Assembly: GCA_054600435.1 (NCBI GenBank)
Contig: BAAIJX010000068.1
Span: 1 to 64,000, forward strand
Length of the DNA: 64,000 nucleotides
Source: Neophaeotheca triangularis
Lineage: Eukaryota
Direction: 5' to 3'
Shown: in pieces, positions 47,827 to 59,703 of the stretch
How positions within the stretch are numbered: position 1 is the stretch's first letter
Layout: each line of letters starts with the position of its first letter
Notes under the pieces: generated by a model
What the model was told of the DNA's origin: nothing
What the model saw: the letters and a program-made list of their open reading frames with translations, nothing else
Database searches by the model: none
Made by a program: the position numbers and the translations under genes

Positions 47827-50199
47827 GGTCGCGGGTTGCGGTTGGAGGATGAAAGATGTGACGGTGTTGGGTTGCTTGTGGTGTTGGATCTCGATTGATG
47901 AGGTAGTTGCCCGGGTATTGGAGGTAGAGTGAGATTATCTGGCGTGGATTCCAGGTCGGGGCACGTCGTGAGTGTTGGTAACGAGACCTGGAAAGGCGGG
48001 TTCTGGTCGCCGTGCTTCGGTCGAGTTGTAGTCAATGGCACTCCGTTTGCTTTCTTCCGGCAACGAACGAGTCTGTTTAGTGATTTCGGTATTCAAGACA
48101 AACGCGATAGCAAGTGTATAATGAGCGTAGAGAGTTTGTGTGTAACGAGAGACAGCGGTGAGATAACAAGCAACTAATAGAAACGAGCACAACAGTGATG
48201 GCAACCTACCTCGATCGTAAGCGAAGAAGAAGGAACTGGGAGGCTTGTACCTAGGGAGATAGCCTTGCAGCGTCGCCCTCGCGTAAGACCATATGCAGAA
48301 TAGCATGTGGAGCCCGCGTGGCCGGAACTCGTGTCGTGGGAGAGGTCAATGCCACGAGGTATCCCTGCTATTGCGTTCATCATGCCTCTTCTGGCCAAGT
48401 CTCCCTAGGGCAATCTAAGGATGAAGCTGGGGTCGGTTGGGGGCCGCATTGGCGACGTCGTCTTGAATTGTCGGAGGAATGATAACGAAAAATGCCTTGC
48501 GATGTCCTCTCTGGTGAGGGAGGCTGGGGACGACATGAGATGGTGGCCACGTGATAGAAAATCCCTTGCCGACTCTCTTCTTTTCGTCGTCTTTTGCCAT
48601 GGCTTGCCCGAAAGCCATTTCAATTGTACATACAGAAAGATGTTGGGAGGGAAATGTCGAGTCGGGATGTGGATGAAGGCGTTTCTTGTCGCGGATACAT
48701 TAGCTTCATCGGCTGTCAGGAGTCGCTAGAGCCTAGCGTACTCGGCAGATCCGTGGGGCTTTCATTCAGGGGTGCCACATTCGACTTCACCCTACTACCT
48801 ACTACCTAGGTACGCAGTAATAACAGGTACGTTGGGGATGCTTCCAGAATTCTTCCTCACGGGTGTTCATACTTTATCAATGCTTCGAGGTAAGGTGTCA
48901 AAGCAAAAGTGTCTGAAGGAGAGCGTTCTCGAGAACTTGACCGGCGAGTAGACGTTCTCTTGACTTGCAACCCCGAGGTAGAGGGGCTCTCCATGCAAGT
49001 ATAGCACATACCTCTCCCCACCCTTACTTCCTAGTATAGCAAACTGCCCTCGCCAGCCGGCGGACGTGAAGCAAGGGCGCGGTCAGCATGCCACAACGAT
49101 GTGCATTTGTTGAAGCATCCGAACTCCACCGAGACCTCTTCTAGCTCCCATACGCCAACACATGCCACAGTCGAACTCTCTTTGCCCCGGATTGTCCTTC
49201 ACGCTATGAAGACGCACGACGTCGACGTGAAGAGTCTTCTCCATGTTGGCAGCTATCAGCTCAATTCGAAGACGGCACTCGTGTCCAGTTCCCTCCGGCT
49301 CAAACCTCAAACATGACTTCTAGAGCTGCAAAGATGATGACCTTGTCTACTGCCATCGGGAGTGCATCAACTGGCTGGTCGAAGTCAACGGTAGCCTCAA
49401 CCAGGAATTCCACCCCTTAATAAGAAACTCGTCCCGCACCACGAGCACTGGGAGGCAATACAGCTCATCGAAAGCCTTGCACCGAACTTTTACACTGGCG
49501 TCTGCGCCTTTCTATTATAGTGCTCAGTTTATTCTCCAGGAACGGTTCAACTTCTGCTGAATACTGAGTTGGTGGTGTGAAGATATATCCTTTCGCCCAA
49601 CACCCCGCGATGATGATATATCTTTCTTGGCTCGTGAAGACATCATGGCTCACCGGCATTCGCGTCTTCTGCCTGATCCTTATCTAGTTGGACGAAAGTG
49701 ATGGGGACTTGGGTTTTCCCCCTGTTATTCAAGGGGGCGCTGGGTATGATGAAGCTTGTTTGCTCGTCTTCTCACAATGTCGATTTTGATTCCGACGAGG
49801 ACGAGTGTACTGCACCGGTGGTTATCTCCACTTTCCGCTTCATCTACTCTAGCGAGTTTCTCGTAGTCATATGGCTTTTCCATCAGACCCCGTAAGCGAG
49901 AGCCGTGTAAGGGACCGCCACACCTACCAGTAGGCTACACTCTAATCGAGCGAGAATTGTAAGAGTTACAAGGGTAGTGGACTATGTTGGTTGGCAGGCG
50001 GGTACCAATAGAGCTGCTAGATTCACTGGAGCCTTTGAAAAGACGTCGGTAATTGTGCGGGATCGCTTGGTTCGGTTTTCGGATAAATGTAACGAGCTGT
50101 TTTAACCCACTCGCCTCTGATTTTCAAAGGTCTCAAAAAGAAACTCCATCTCGTCTCGTTGCATCGTATCTCATCAATCGTAAAAGCTCCGCCACCCAC

Positions 50200-51083
50200 T
50201 CAAGTCCCCGCCCTCTTTCTCTCAGCAACCGGACTCCACCCTCTCCCATCATTCCTCCCAAACTCCCCCTCATCCAAACTCTGCTTTCCTCTCCCACCAC
50301 CGCCTCCACCACCGAACTCCTCGACCTCCTTCTCCTCCACCAACCTCACCCCACCCACCCTCGCTCTCTCCTTCTCCCCTTCCGCCCTCTTCCCCTCAAC
50401 CTTCCTCCTCTCAAACTCCGCGACAAGATTCTTAAAATAAACCTCGGCAGCCACAGTCTGCGAATAAGCCAACGGCGTCCAATCGCTCAAATTCTTCGCC
50501 AGCGGATTGGCACCCACGCTCAACAACAACCTCAACGCTTTCAAACTCCCACTAGCGCTCGCGTGATGCAACGGCGTGTTGCCCTCATAATCCCTCCCGT
50601 GCGGGCTTGCGCCATGCTGCAGCAACACAGGCATGAGAGCCACGGACAAAGGCGTTTGCGCGCAGATCGCCAGCGCGTCGAGACCTTCGCGGTTCACGAG
50701 CGCGACGCATGAGGGTTGCCGGCTGACTAGTAACTCGCCGACTTCGACGTGGCCGTTGCGGGCGGCGAGCATGAGGGGGGTTTCGTGTAGGGCGTTGCGG
50801 CTTGTTTCGCCGGTGTGGATTTCGTGGCCGGCGGAGAGGAGGAGGGAGACGATTTCGAGGGAGCCGAGGCTGGCGGCTAGGTGGAGGGAGGTGTTGGATT
50901 TGTTGGAGAAGTCCGGGTTGGTGATTAGGGTTGGGTGGTTGCGGATGAGGCGGTTTACTAGGACTGGGTTTGAGAGGTGGATTGCCCGTCGGAGGCGGGT
51001 TGGGGCGTCAATCCTGGGGGAGGGGGGAGGTGAGTGCTTGGCCGTGGGGAGAGGGAGGGTGTGAGGAGGGTGTTTACTTACAT
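50200..51083 (-). CDS. AVO2: Ankyrin-repeat protein, TORC2 subunit Avo2-like (~271 aa)
   Basis: MIDAPTRLRRAI..LVNRLIR..ITNPD..NTSLHLAA resembles the yeast Avo2 N-terminus; several TPLH/TPLM ankyrin repeats; intron 51014-51081 splits the ATG. Confidence 0.75.
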
Positions 51084-51733
51084 GGTTGTGGTTTTGAATG
51101 GAAGATGGTGGCTTTTGTGTTAGGCATGGCTGTTACGCTGTACATGCTTTACTCTGAATATGGCCAATGATCAAGCAGTTCATCGTGACTTTCAATAACA
51201 TAGCATATCAATGATATGATTGCATTTCGGAATGCGAGGGATGTGCCTTGGTAGTTAGTTGTTGTAGTTCAATGCACACTCTTATCGATAGAGATAAGGT
51301 TTATGCTCATGCAGGGACCCGTTGCCCGGCTTGCCTTAGGCATGCACTAACTTCCTATCTCAGACCCCTACCTTCGTAACTTATGATGAAGATGTAGCTA
51401 ATCCTACCTAAATATACCCAAGTCCGACCACTGATCAGCACCGAGATCAAGACAATACGACCGAGGCATATCCAGGAGAGAATTGATCATAATCCACCTG
51501 TTACTTTGTATACTCGCAACAACATCACCTAACCCGCCTTGAGGTTATCTTACAGATCAGAATTACCCGACCAGGACCCGCTATCTTCAGCAAAAGTCAC
51601 GCTACAAGGTACTTCGTCAGCGAGCATTACATGTTTCGGCCAGATCAGCAGCAGTAACTTCAACTACTTACCCTAGACCGCATGGGTCGGTCGTCCTGGA
51701 TAAATCCGCAGCCTCTACAACCTACCCTCCATC

Positions 51734-53983
51734 ATGTCAGCCAACAGCAATAACAAGAAACCCCCGACCCCAGGAACAGCAGCCAAACGTGCCAACTCTT
51801 CTTCCACAACCTCGCCCGCACCGGCCTCGAGAAGTCCCAGCAGGATGAACAGCGATAATGCAGCCAAGCCTGCTACAGCTGGTGTCAGTCGTACGAAATC
51901 TGTCAGGACAGGTACACCCGTCTCGGCCAAAGCAGCAGCCCGTAAGCCAGCCACCAATGATAACACCCCTGATGTGGAAGAAGTGCGAGCGGAGATGCAG
52001 GCAAAGCTGGACGAAATGCAGGAACGGTTGAATCAGGCCGAAGCTGCTACCCAAGAGCACGAGAAGCAGAAGGCTGTTTTGCAAGTCAAGCTTGACGAAG
52101 CCTCCAAGGAGCAGGGGGTTCTCGAGGATAATGTTCAGGAGCATATTGAGCGCATCGAAGAGCTTGAGAGGGAGAAGAAGGAGAGTTTGCGGCAGCAGAG
52201 GGAGATGGAGCACATTTACGAGACTGAGCGAGCGGCTGCGATCAAGGAGAAGGAAGCAGCTGCCGTCAAGGAAGAGGAGATGCAGGCTTCGATGCAACGG
52301 ATGAGAGAGACTTTGGCGCAAAAGGATATGCGGCAGGGTTTGGATGATGAGAAGAGGCCGAGTGTTAGCAGGAATTCCAGCTGGAGGAATAGTGCGAATG
52401 TCTCGCCCAATCTTGAGGGAGGGCAGTTCGCACCCCCTTCCAGCATTCAGCGCAGCGATTCTAGGAGTTCGTCGAAGATTGTCAATCAAAAGGATAAGAT
52501 CATTGAGGGGTTGCGACTCGATCTCGCCGAAGCGGAGTTTAAGCTTGTCGAAGTTGAGAATATGGGTGGTGGTAGGCTGCAAGAACTGCAAAAGACCGTT
52601 TACGATACAAAAATGCAGAATGCAAGGCTAATGGAGGAGAACGAAAGTTTCCAATTACTACTCCAGGAGAAGACGCTGAACGGCGACTTCTCCATCGGCC
52701 ACGGCAATCTCCTCCGTCCGGCATCCAACGCAGGGTCTCGCCCTTCTTCCCGGCACCACACAGCAGTCAGCGGCACAACCCTCGCAGACGAGCTTGAAAG
52801 TCAAGCCGACGACAGCGAACTCGTCGAAGCCGGTACAGAATCTGACCGACGCTTGCAAGCCGAGATCAACAGCCTGAAAGAGCAAAACAAAGCGCTTACC
52901 CTCTATATTAACAATATCGTCTCGCGCCTGCTGCAGCACGATCAATTCGAGCACATCCTCGACAAGACCCCAGACCTCATGTCGTCGAGCGGTTCTCCCG
53001 CGCCAGCCAAACCCGCGCCTGCGAAAACGAACCCTTCCTCGGATAAAGACTTGCCTCCCCCACCCCCTGCTGAGAAAGACAACCCTCCCGCTCCCATTGA
53101 AAAAGACCATTTACCACAACAAGACCCCCCTCAGCCCGAACAACCGCAAGGCTTCCTCCAACGCGCCAAAAGCGTCGTCGTAGGCAGCGCAAAACGTCCA
53201 CGTCCTCTCAGTCAAGCACCCCCACCCGCCACCGACTCCCAAGACGCCAGACCCACCGAAAATCCTACCACCGCGCCAACAATCCCCCTAGCTCGCGCAG
53301 GTAGCAAAAACAACACCAACCGCCTCTCCAGCCACCGCCGCGCGCAATCCGAATGGGCGCCGGCCAACATGTTCAACAGCCTCCGGGGGGCCGGCGCGAC
53401 AGCAGCAGCACAAAACGGTCCCACAACCCCAGGCAGCGGGCCGCTGAGTCCAAATCTAGGCTCTCCAGGACAACGGACGAGCTTCTTCCCCTCGCCTTCA
53501 CAAACCCTACACTCCCCATCGTCACAAAACAACCACACCACCAGCGGCAACCGCTCCGCCAGCGCCGCTTCCGCCACTAATATACCCTCCACCATCTCCG
53601 AAACCTCGATCCCAAAAGAAAACCTCCCCCCTCCCTCCTCCGCGACCTCCAACCCCACAGCCCTAGCAGCCCTAGACCCAGAGCCCGCTTCTCCACCCCG
53701 CAGCACCATCTCCTCTTCCAGCCAATCACACTCAAATGACGGCACGACCGGCCCTAGGGACGGAAGAGTCAATAACCCCATCATGATGGGTAGTAAAATG
53801 CGACCTCTGCGGTTAGTACAGGATGCCGAGGCTGCGGAAACGAGGGAGCGGAAGAGTGCGAACCGCGGGAGTTGGTTTGGGGGGTGGATGGGGAAGAATT
53901 CGGGTGCGGGAGGGGGACAGGGGCTGGGAGGGCAGGGGAGGAGCGCTAGTGGGAGTGGGAATGGGGGCGAGGAGGGGAGCTGA
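51734..53983 (+). CDS. Coiled-coil protein with a candidate Rab11-FIP-like binding motif and Pro/Ser-rich tail
   Basis: 749-aa ORF; coiled coil; NARLMEENESFQ..TLADEL..NKALTLYINNIVSRLL. Confidence 0.75.
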   Translation: MSANSNNKKPPTPGTAAKRANSSSTTSPAPASRSPSRMNSDNAAKPATAGVSRTKSVRTGTPVSAKAAARKPATNDNTPDVEEVRAEMQAKLDEMQERLNQAEAATQEHEKQKAVLQVKLDEASKEQGVLEDNVQEHIERIEELEREKKESLRQQREMEHIYETERAAAIKEKEAAAVKEEEMQASMQRMRETLAQKDMRQGLDDEKRPSVSRNSSWRNSANVSPNLEGGQFAPPSSIQRSDSRSSSKIVNQKDKIIEGLRLDLAEAEFKLVEVENMGGGRLQELQKTVYDTKMQNARLMEENESFQLLLQEKTLNGDFSIGHGNLLRPASNAGSRPSSRHHTAVSGTTLADELESQADDSELVEAGTESDRRLQAEINSLKEQNKALTLYINNIVSRLLQHDQFEHILDKTPDLMSSSGSPAPAKPAPAKTNPSSDKDLPPPPPAEKDNPPAPIEKDHLPQQDPPQPEQPQGFLQRAKSVVVGSAKRPRPLSQAPPPATDSQDARPTENPTTAPTIPLARAGSKNNTNRLSSHRRAQSEWAPANMFNSLRGAGATAAAQNGPTTPGSGPLSPNLGSPGQRTSFFPSPSQTLHSPSSQNNHTTSGNRSASAASATNIPSTISETSIPKENLPPPSSATSNPTALAALDPEPASPPRSTISSSSQSHSNDGTTGPRDGRVNNPIMMGSKMRPLRLVQDAEAAETRERKSANRGSWFGGWMGKNSGAGGGQGLGGQGRSASGSGNGGEEGS

Positions 53984-54307
53984 GGTTGGATGTTGATGAA
54001 GGCGGAAGAAGGGGTTTGGGGCTTGTGACGACTGCAGTGTTTTGCGTTCGCTTGCCCTGGTTGGCGGCTTGATTTTTGGTTATGTCTAGATGTCTGCGTA
54101 GAGCAGGGTTTGGTGGCTGAGGTTTCTCCGACCTTTTCTGATCCCCCGCGTCACAGGACTGGCATACTTTTGCGTGTGTGCGATTGGCTTGGTCCTACGA
54201 CATGGGCTCGATTTGGATGGTGGTGGACGATACCCTCTAGCCCCCCCTTGCTTTCGGATTTTCAAACTCTTCCAAGACTTCCAATTTCACTCTTTCTTGT
54301 CGCACTG

Positions 54308-54350
54308 CTCTCTCGCTCTCTCTCTCGCTCTCTCTCTGTCTCTCCGTCTC
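54308..54350. repeat. Imperfect (CT)n microsatellite
   Basis: CTCTCTCGCTCTCTCTCTCG... Confidence 0.75.
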
Positions 54351-54768
54351 GCTCCGGCTCGCTGTTGTTTATTCCCCGTCTACTCTCTATTCAAACCTAC
54401 AGAGCCCAACTCGATAGCAAGTGAAATTCATCTACTCGAGGATACCAGGAGCAAGTTCCTGAGAGCTATGTTTCCGTTCTATCAACCATTTGACTTTCTT
54501 CTCGCATGCCGCTTTGCCGCACAACACACAAGTAAAAGAGGTTTTAGGTGGGGGACGGGGCTGGTCTAATTGCGAAGATTGGGTGGATGGCTGTGTGGTA
54601 GCGTTTGGTGGGGATTAGCTGCTTGCGCGTACAGGGTCGAGGAGAAGAGAGTCATTGCACAAAAGGAAAGCAAATTACAAGCGTCTATTCATATCCGTGA
54701 AGGCCCTGCAAGCACCAAGCAGCAAGCAAACCCACTCCTATCACCTCAAAAACTCACCTCAATGACCT

Positions 54769-56548
54769 CTACAACCTCGCCTTCTCCTCCCTAACCACCA
54801 TCCCCCTAACCCCCTTCCTTTCCAGATCCCGGAGTACCCTCCTCAAAATCTTCCCACTAGCACTCTTGGGAATCTCCCCGACAAACTCCACCTCCTTGAC
54901 CCACTTATACCTCACCTTCTTCTCCCTCACATACCCCAACAACTGCCTCCCTACGCGATCACTCCCCTGAACCCCCTCCTTCAAAACCACAAAAGCCTTC
55001 GGGACCTCCCCAGAATACTCGTCTTGCACGCCGAGCACGGCCACATCCTCAACCATCTCATGCCCCAGGAGCAAATCCTCCAATTCCGCAGGCGCGACCC
55101 CAATACCCTTGACTTTCACCATTTCCTTGATGCGATCGGTAATAGTCACGCGCCCCTCGGCATCAATCATAGCCTGATCGCCCGTATGCAGAAACCCGTC
55201 CGAGTCAAAAGTCTCCCGTGTCGCCTTCTCATTGTTCAAATACCCCATCACCACTTGCGGACCTTTCGCCAATAGTTCTCCCGGTTCGTTGAGCCCGCAC
55301 TCCTTGCCTTCCTCGTCGACGATCTTGATAGTCGTGGAAGCGCAGACTGTGCCAACGGTGTGCGCGTTTTTGTAATCGTAGAGATGCGGGGGGTGCGCGG
55401 TTATGCAACTGCAGGATTCGGTCATGCCGTAGCCCTGTTTGAAACCGGTGTTGGGGAATTTTTTGGCGAGGAGGTCGAGGATTTCGGCGGAGACTGGGGC
55501 GGCGCCGGAGGAGAAGCGGCGGACGCTGGAGAGGTCGTAGGAGTCGACGATCGGGTCGCGGACCATGCGGATTAGGATTGGGGGCACGAGGAGGAGCTCG
55601 GTGAGTTTGTAGGAGGCGATTGTTGAGAGCATTGAGGGCATTGTGAAGGTGGGGAGCATGATTACGGTTGCGTTTATGAGGGCCGGGAGGTGCAGGGCGT
55701 GGACTAGGCCGGTGATGTGGAAGGCAGGGAGGACGGCGAGGGTGCGTTTGAGGTCTGGAGGCGTTATGGGCGCGATTTGGAGGCATTGGGCTATCACGTT
55801 TTGGTGGGCGATCATGACCTTGGGGGGAGGATTAGTCGGGGCGTCCTAAGTGCGATGTGAAAGAATGCTTACGTACAGCTTTCGGCAACCCAGTCGTGCC
55901 GGATGAAAAGCTCAAGAAACCACAAACGTCCATATTCGTTTTGCCCTTGGGTATACTAAACACCTCCGCCTGCTCTTTCTGCTTCCTCCCCATCTCCACC
56001 AACTCTTTGACAGTCGTATATCCCTCCAACTCCCCCTCTAGCAAAAACAACCGATTCTTCGGAATCCCAACCTTCTCCGCCGCCGCCGTAGCAACCTCCA
56101 TACTATTCGGATGCGTCATGAGGAATTTTGCATCCGCCGTCTTGAGCGCATAAGCCATTTCCTCGACATTATACGCCGGACTGGCGCCGGAGACTTTACC
56201 CCCGACTCGCAGTGTCGCGTGCATGGCTACGGGGTACCAGATAGTGTTTTGGCTGAAGAGGGCGACGGTGTCGTCGGTCTGCAGGCCATAGTTCTTGACT
56301 AGAGCGGTTGAGATGAAGGTCGCTGCTTCTTTGACTTGCCGCCAATTGAGCTTTTCTTTCGTTAGGCCGTTCTCGTAGCCGCCTAGTTCGGATTCGGGGA
56401 AGCGGTGGATGGGGGAGTATTTTTTGGATTCGAAGAGCCATTGCCAGGTTGTTAGGTCCCGGGGGACTGTTGGGGGTTAGTGGTATTAGGGTGGGAGCCT
56501 CGAGGTGAACCTACGATCAATGTCTGGCTGCAGGCTCTTGTAAGGCAT
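54769..56548 (-). CDS. Peroxisomal 4-coumarate/phenylacetate-CoA ligase-like AMP-binding enzyme
   Basis: FSSGTTGLPKAV, QGYGMTE, GELLAKGPQVVMGY, LHTGD, PKSASGKILRR; C-terminal PTS1 -ARL; introns 56467-56514 and 55819-55876. Confidence 0.92.
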
Positions 56549-57140
56549 ATTGATAGAAGAAAGGGAAGTGGCTCGTCTGGTTTGAGACTGATAAAGGTGA
56601 TTGAATGATGAAAGGGTTCTTCCCTACCTGGAAGTCGAGTTACTGGATACTCTTAAGGTGTTTGAGCTCTAGTTGTCCCCGCTCGCGATCCGCAAGATGG
56701 AGGTACTCGATGCCCTCGGTCAAGAGAGAGCGGGAGACATGGATGGCTTATCTTATCCCCGGCTATGATATCCACGGATGGGTGGGGTAAGGTAAGGTAG
56801 CTCGAGAGAGGGAGGTGATGTCGGTAGCTGGTCATGGTCATGCGGAGTAGGAGAAAGCCCAGCGTGGCGCTCGGGTCGTCTCGGTTTCTCTTGACTCCTT
56901 TGGACTTCACCCGGCCCTGCCTTATCGTCTCTTCTCTGTATTTGGCAAAAATATACACCTCCCAAGAGCCGCTCAAGGTTGGCATATATCTAAACTCAAG
57001 TCTCCAATAGCTGCTCGAGGTAGGTAATCATATTTATTTTCTCAAACGCTCAAAGTAGCGCGGAGAAGCTGTCGTCTTGCTTCACCCCTTTGACTCCATC
57101 AATCGACCCAATCTCTCTTTTCCAAGTCAGGAATTCGACC

Positions 57141-58097
57141 ATGGCATCGACCGAAGCGCAATCGCCGGTACTGCCCAGCGATATTCCCACCCGCGTGACA
57201 TTGATAGGCACAGGAACCATTGGCCTCTCATTCGCCGCGCTTCATCTCGTCAAGAGCCCCAACAGTACCGTAACCCTCTACGACACCCGACCAGACCTCC
57301 AGAACTACATCGCAGCCCATCTCCCCACCTACCTGCCAGCGCACTTCTCCCCATCCAGTCGTCTCCGGATCGCTCTAACTATCGAAGAAGCCGTCTCCTC
57401 AGCCCAGATAATCCAAGAACAAGGCCCGGAAAACATTGAATTCAAACGCAACCTCTGGCCGGAAATCGAAAAGTACGCTCCAGCTTCCGCTCTTCTTTGG
57501 ACAAGCACAAGCGGCATCCCAGCTTCAGCGCAAGCAGCCGACATGAAGGACCCCTCCCGGCTGCTCGTCGTCCATCCCTTCAACCCGCCTCACATCATGC
57601 CCTTGCTCGAACTCGTGCCCTCGCCGTCCACGGCTGCGGAAACTATAGAAGCTACGCTCAAATACTGGCGAGCCCTCGGCCGGAGTCCCGTAGTCCTGAA
57701 AAAGGAATGCACAGGCTTTGTAGCGAACCGGCTCGCTTTCGCGCTCTTCCGGGAAGCGTGCAGTCTCGTCAACGCCGGCGTTGTAGGTGTCGAGGATTTG
57801 GATGAGATTGTGACGAGTTCCATGGGACCTAGGTGGGCGGTCGCGGGTCCTTTTAAAGCTTATGCGGCTGGTGGGGGTGAGAAGGGGTTGGAGGGGTTTA
57901 TGGAGAAGATTGGCGGGACGGTGGGGGAGTGTTGGGAGGATTCAGACAGGATGGTAAAGGATGGGGATGTGAGGGTTGGTGGGGAGTGGCAGGGAAGGGT
58001 TTGTGAAGAGGCTGGGAGGGTTTATGGGGAGATGGATTTGGGGGAGAGGGATCGGAAGACTAGGAAGGTCTTGGAAGCTGTGGATGAGGGTGAGTAG
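57141..58097 (+). CDS. 3-hydroxyacyl-CoA dehydrogenase family (lambda-crystallin / carnitine dehydrogenase-like)
   Basis: GTGTIG Rossmann motif, QEQGPE, STSG, HPFNPPH, GFVANRL, MGPRWAVAGPF. Confidence 0.9.
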   Translation: MASTEAQSPVLPSDIPTRVTLIGTGTIGLSFAALHLVKSPNSTVTLYDTRPDLQNYIAAHLPTYLPAHFSPSSRLRIALTIEEAVSSAQIIQEQGPENIEFKRNLWPEIEKYAPASALLWTSTSGIPASAQAADMKDPSRLLVVHPFNPPHIMPLLELVPSPSTAAETIEATLKYWRALGRSPVVLKKECTGFVANRLAFALFREACSLVNAGVVGVEDLDEIVTSSMGPRWAVAGPFKAYAAGGGEKGLEGFMEKIGGTVGECWEDSDRMVKDGDVRVGGEWQGRVCEEAGRVYGEMDLGERDRKTRKVLEAVDEGE

Positions 58098-58401
58098 AGG
58101 GGGATGGAGATTGAAAGACGGAAAAGGAAGGAGAGTGAAAGAGGAAGCCTGGAAAAGAGGTCTCATGCGTACCGGTAAGTAGACACGTAGTCGAAGACAT
58201 TTCGTTGAAGGTGCCATGCATCTGGCGCTTGCGCACGGTGGAAGGTGATGTGAGGTGAGCAAAAGAGAAACACTACCTCATCTCTGTGCGAGCACAGCAG
58301 GCCATAGCAGCAACCCGCCGGCCGCCATCTTCAAGCGAGGCCACGCAGCAAACAACAACCCAGAATATAAATACAACAAACCGCCCAGGCTCAACGCCTA
58401 C

Positions 58402-58523
58402 GGGCTTGTGGTCAAGTGGGCTTAAATATTGAAACGAACGGAAAGATTAGCGTGCCACCCGGTCCGGCACATAAAATAGGACTCGGGCTGTCCCAGGGCG
58501 TCGGTTCGATCCCGATTCCCTAG
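58402..58523 (+). ncRNA. tRNA-like RNA polymerase III element (pseudo-tRNA, SINE head or other Pol III RNA)
   Basis: TATAAATA ~30 bp upstream, A box TGGTCAAGTGG (58409), B box/T arm GTCGG-TTCGATC-CCGAT (58500-58516), downstream T-runs; acceptor and anticodon stems do not pair canonically. Confidence 0.5.
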
Positions 58524-59703
58524 AACAAGCAAAACACCTTTCTTGAATTGGAAGTGGGTTTTCTTTCCCTTCTCCGGGGGGGACCTGGAGTTGGGTGGGT
58601 TTCTTTTTTGTTGGTATTTGGTCCATTGTTGCTGGCGACTGGGCGGCGAGTCATCTTTTGTCTCTAATACCTGATACCTTTACTGCTTTTGCTGGGATGT
58701 CCGAATATGTGAGAATACAGAGAAGGCAAGCACCCTTTGTGCGAAATGCGTTACGCTCTGCAAAAATACTTAGCAAGATCTACTCCGCTAATCCAATCAC
58801 TTCAGGAAAACCCCGAGTAGACACTACAAAGAGGCCTTTCAGGTTTGAATCGGAACATTTTTAAAACGCAAGTACGCTATCTCGCCTATTCCGGTCTCCC
58901 TATCTTCTACCGGATTCTCCTTGAAGGCTCCCGAATCTCCATCGTTTTGAGCAGACCGGTATCGATATCCATCCTCAGCGGTCAGCCTCCCGAGCAGGCT
59001 TTGTCAATGGAGCCCAAGATCACTGCAGAGGTATTTGGCGCTCTACTCGTCGTCCGCAAGCAGAGTTCATACCTTGGGGGAACGTTCGATTTTACCTAGG
59101 AGTCACGGTCGCATCGCTATCGGCTGCCCCAGCCTCTTCCCATGCTATGCGCCAGAGTAGCTCGTGGCGGTTCGGAGGCTGGAAGGCTTATTTTCTCACG
59201 CTGCCCGAAGATCTATCGATCACCTGTGGAGAGTTCCCAGCACTAAAGATCTTTCGAAGGCAAACGCGAGAGGGACCCAGCCCCTGGATTTTCACTCAGC
59301 TAAAGCTACAGCATGTCTATCTATGTATCGGCCGACAAACTCGACTCCATGCTCCAATTCAATGCGTTCGCGGAACTCCGGACAACTTCAGCCTTCTCCC
59401 AATGCATGCAAGAACAGCTTTGAGCCCCTGCCGCCGATGCTCAAGTACGCAAACCAAACTCCTGATACCGAAGACGCCGACAAGTCACTCCCGAACAAGC
59501 TAACGACACCGATAGCTAGCACTCTCTGGCCTGATTCTCTTGAAGCTTGCTGCCCTCGTCGTGCGCGAAGCCGGTCTTCTCCAGGGAAGTCGCGGTGAGT
59601 ACCCGAAGAATTGTGAGATCGCAGCGGTAGAACCGAGGTGCGAGACCGTCCAACCGGAGAATTTGAACAGGCAAACTCGGGTTGAGGCTGCTCTGGCGCC
59701 GCT

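Noticed and set aside
48900..49900. Possible gene remnant on the minus strand
   Set aside because: Only short unconnected ORFs with no recognisable family
59147..59598. Short ORFs downstream of the NLR as a partner or amyloid-signalling gene
   Set aside because: No HeLo/HET/amyloid motif recognisable; ORFs look random
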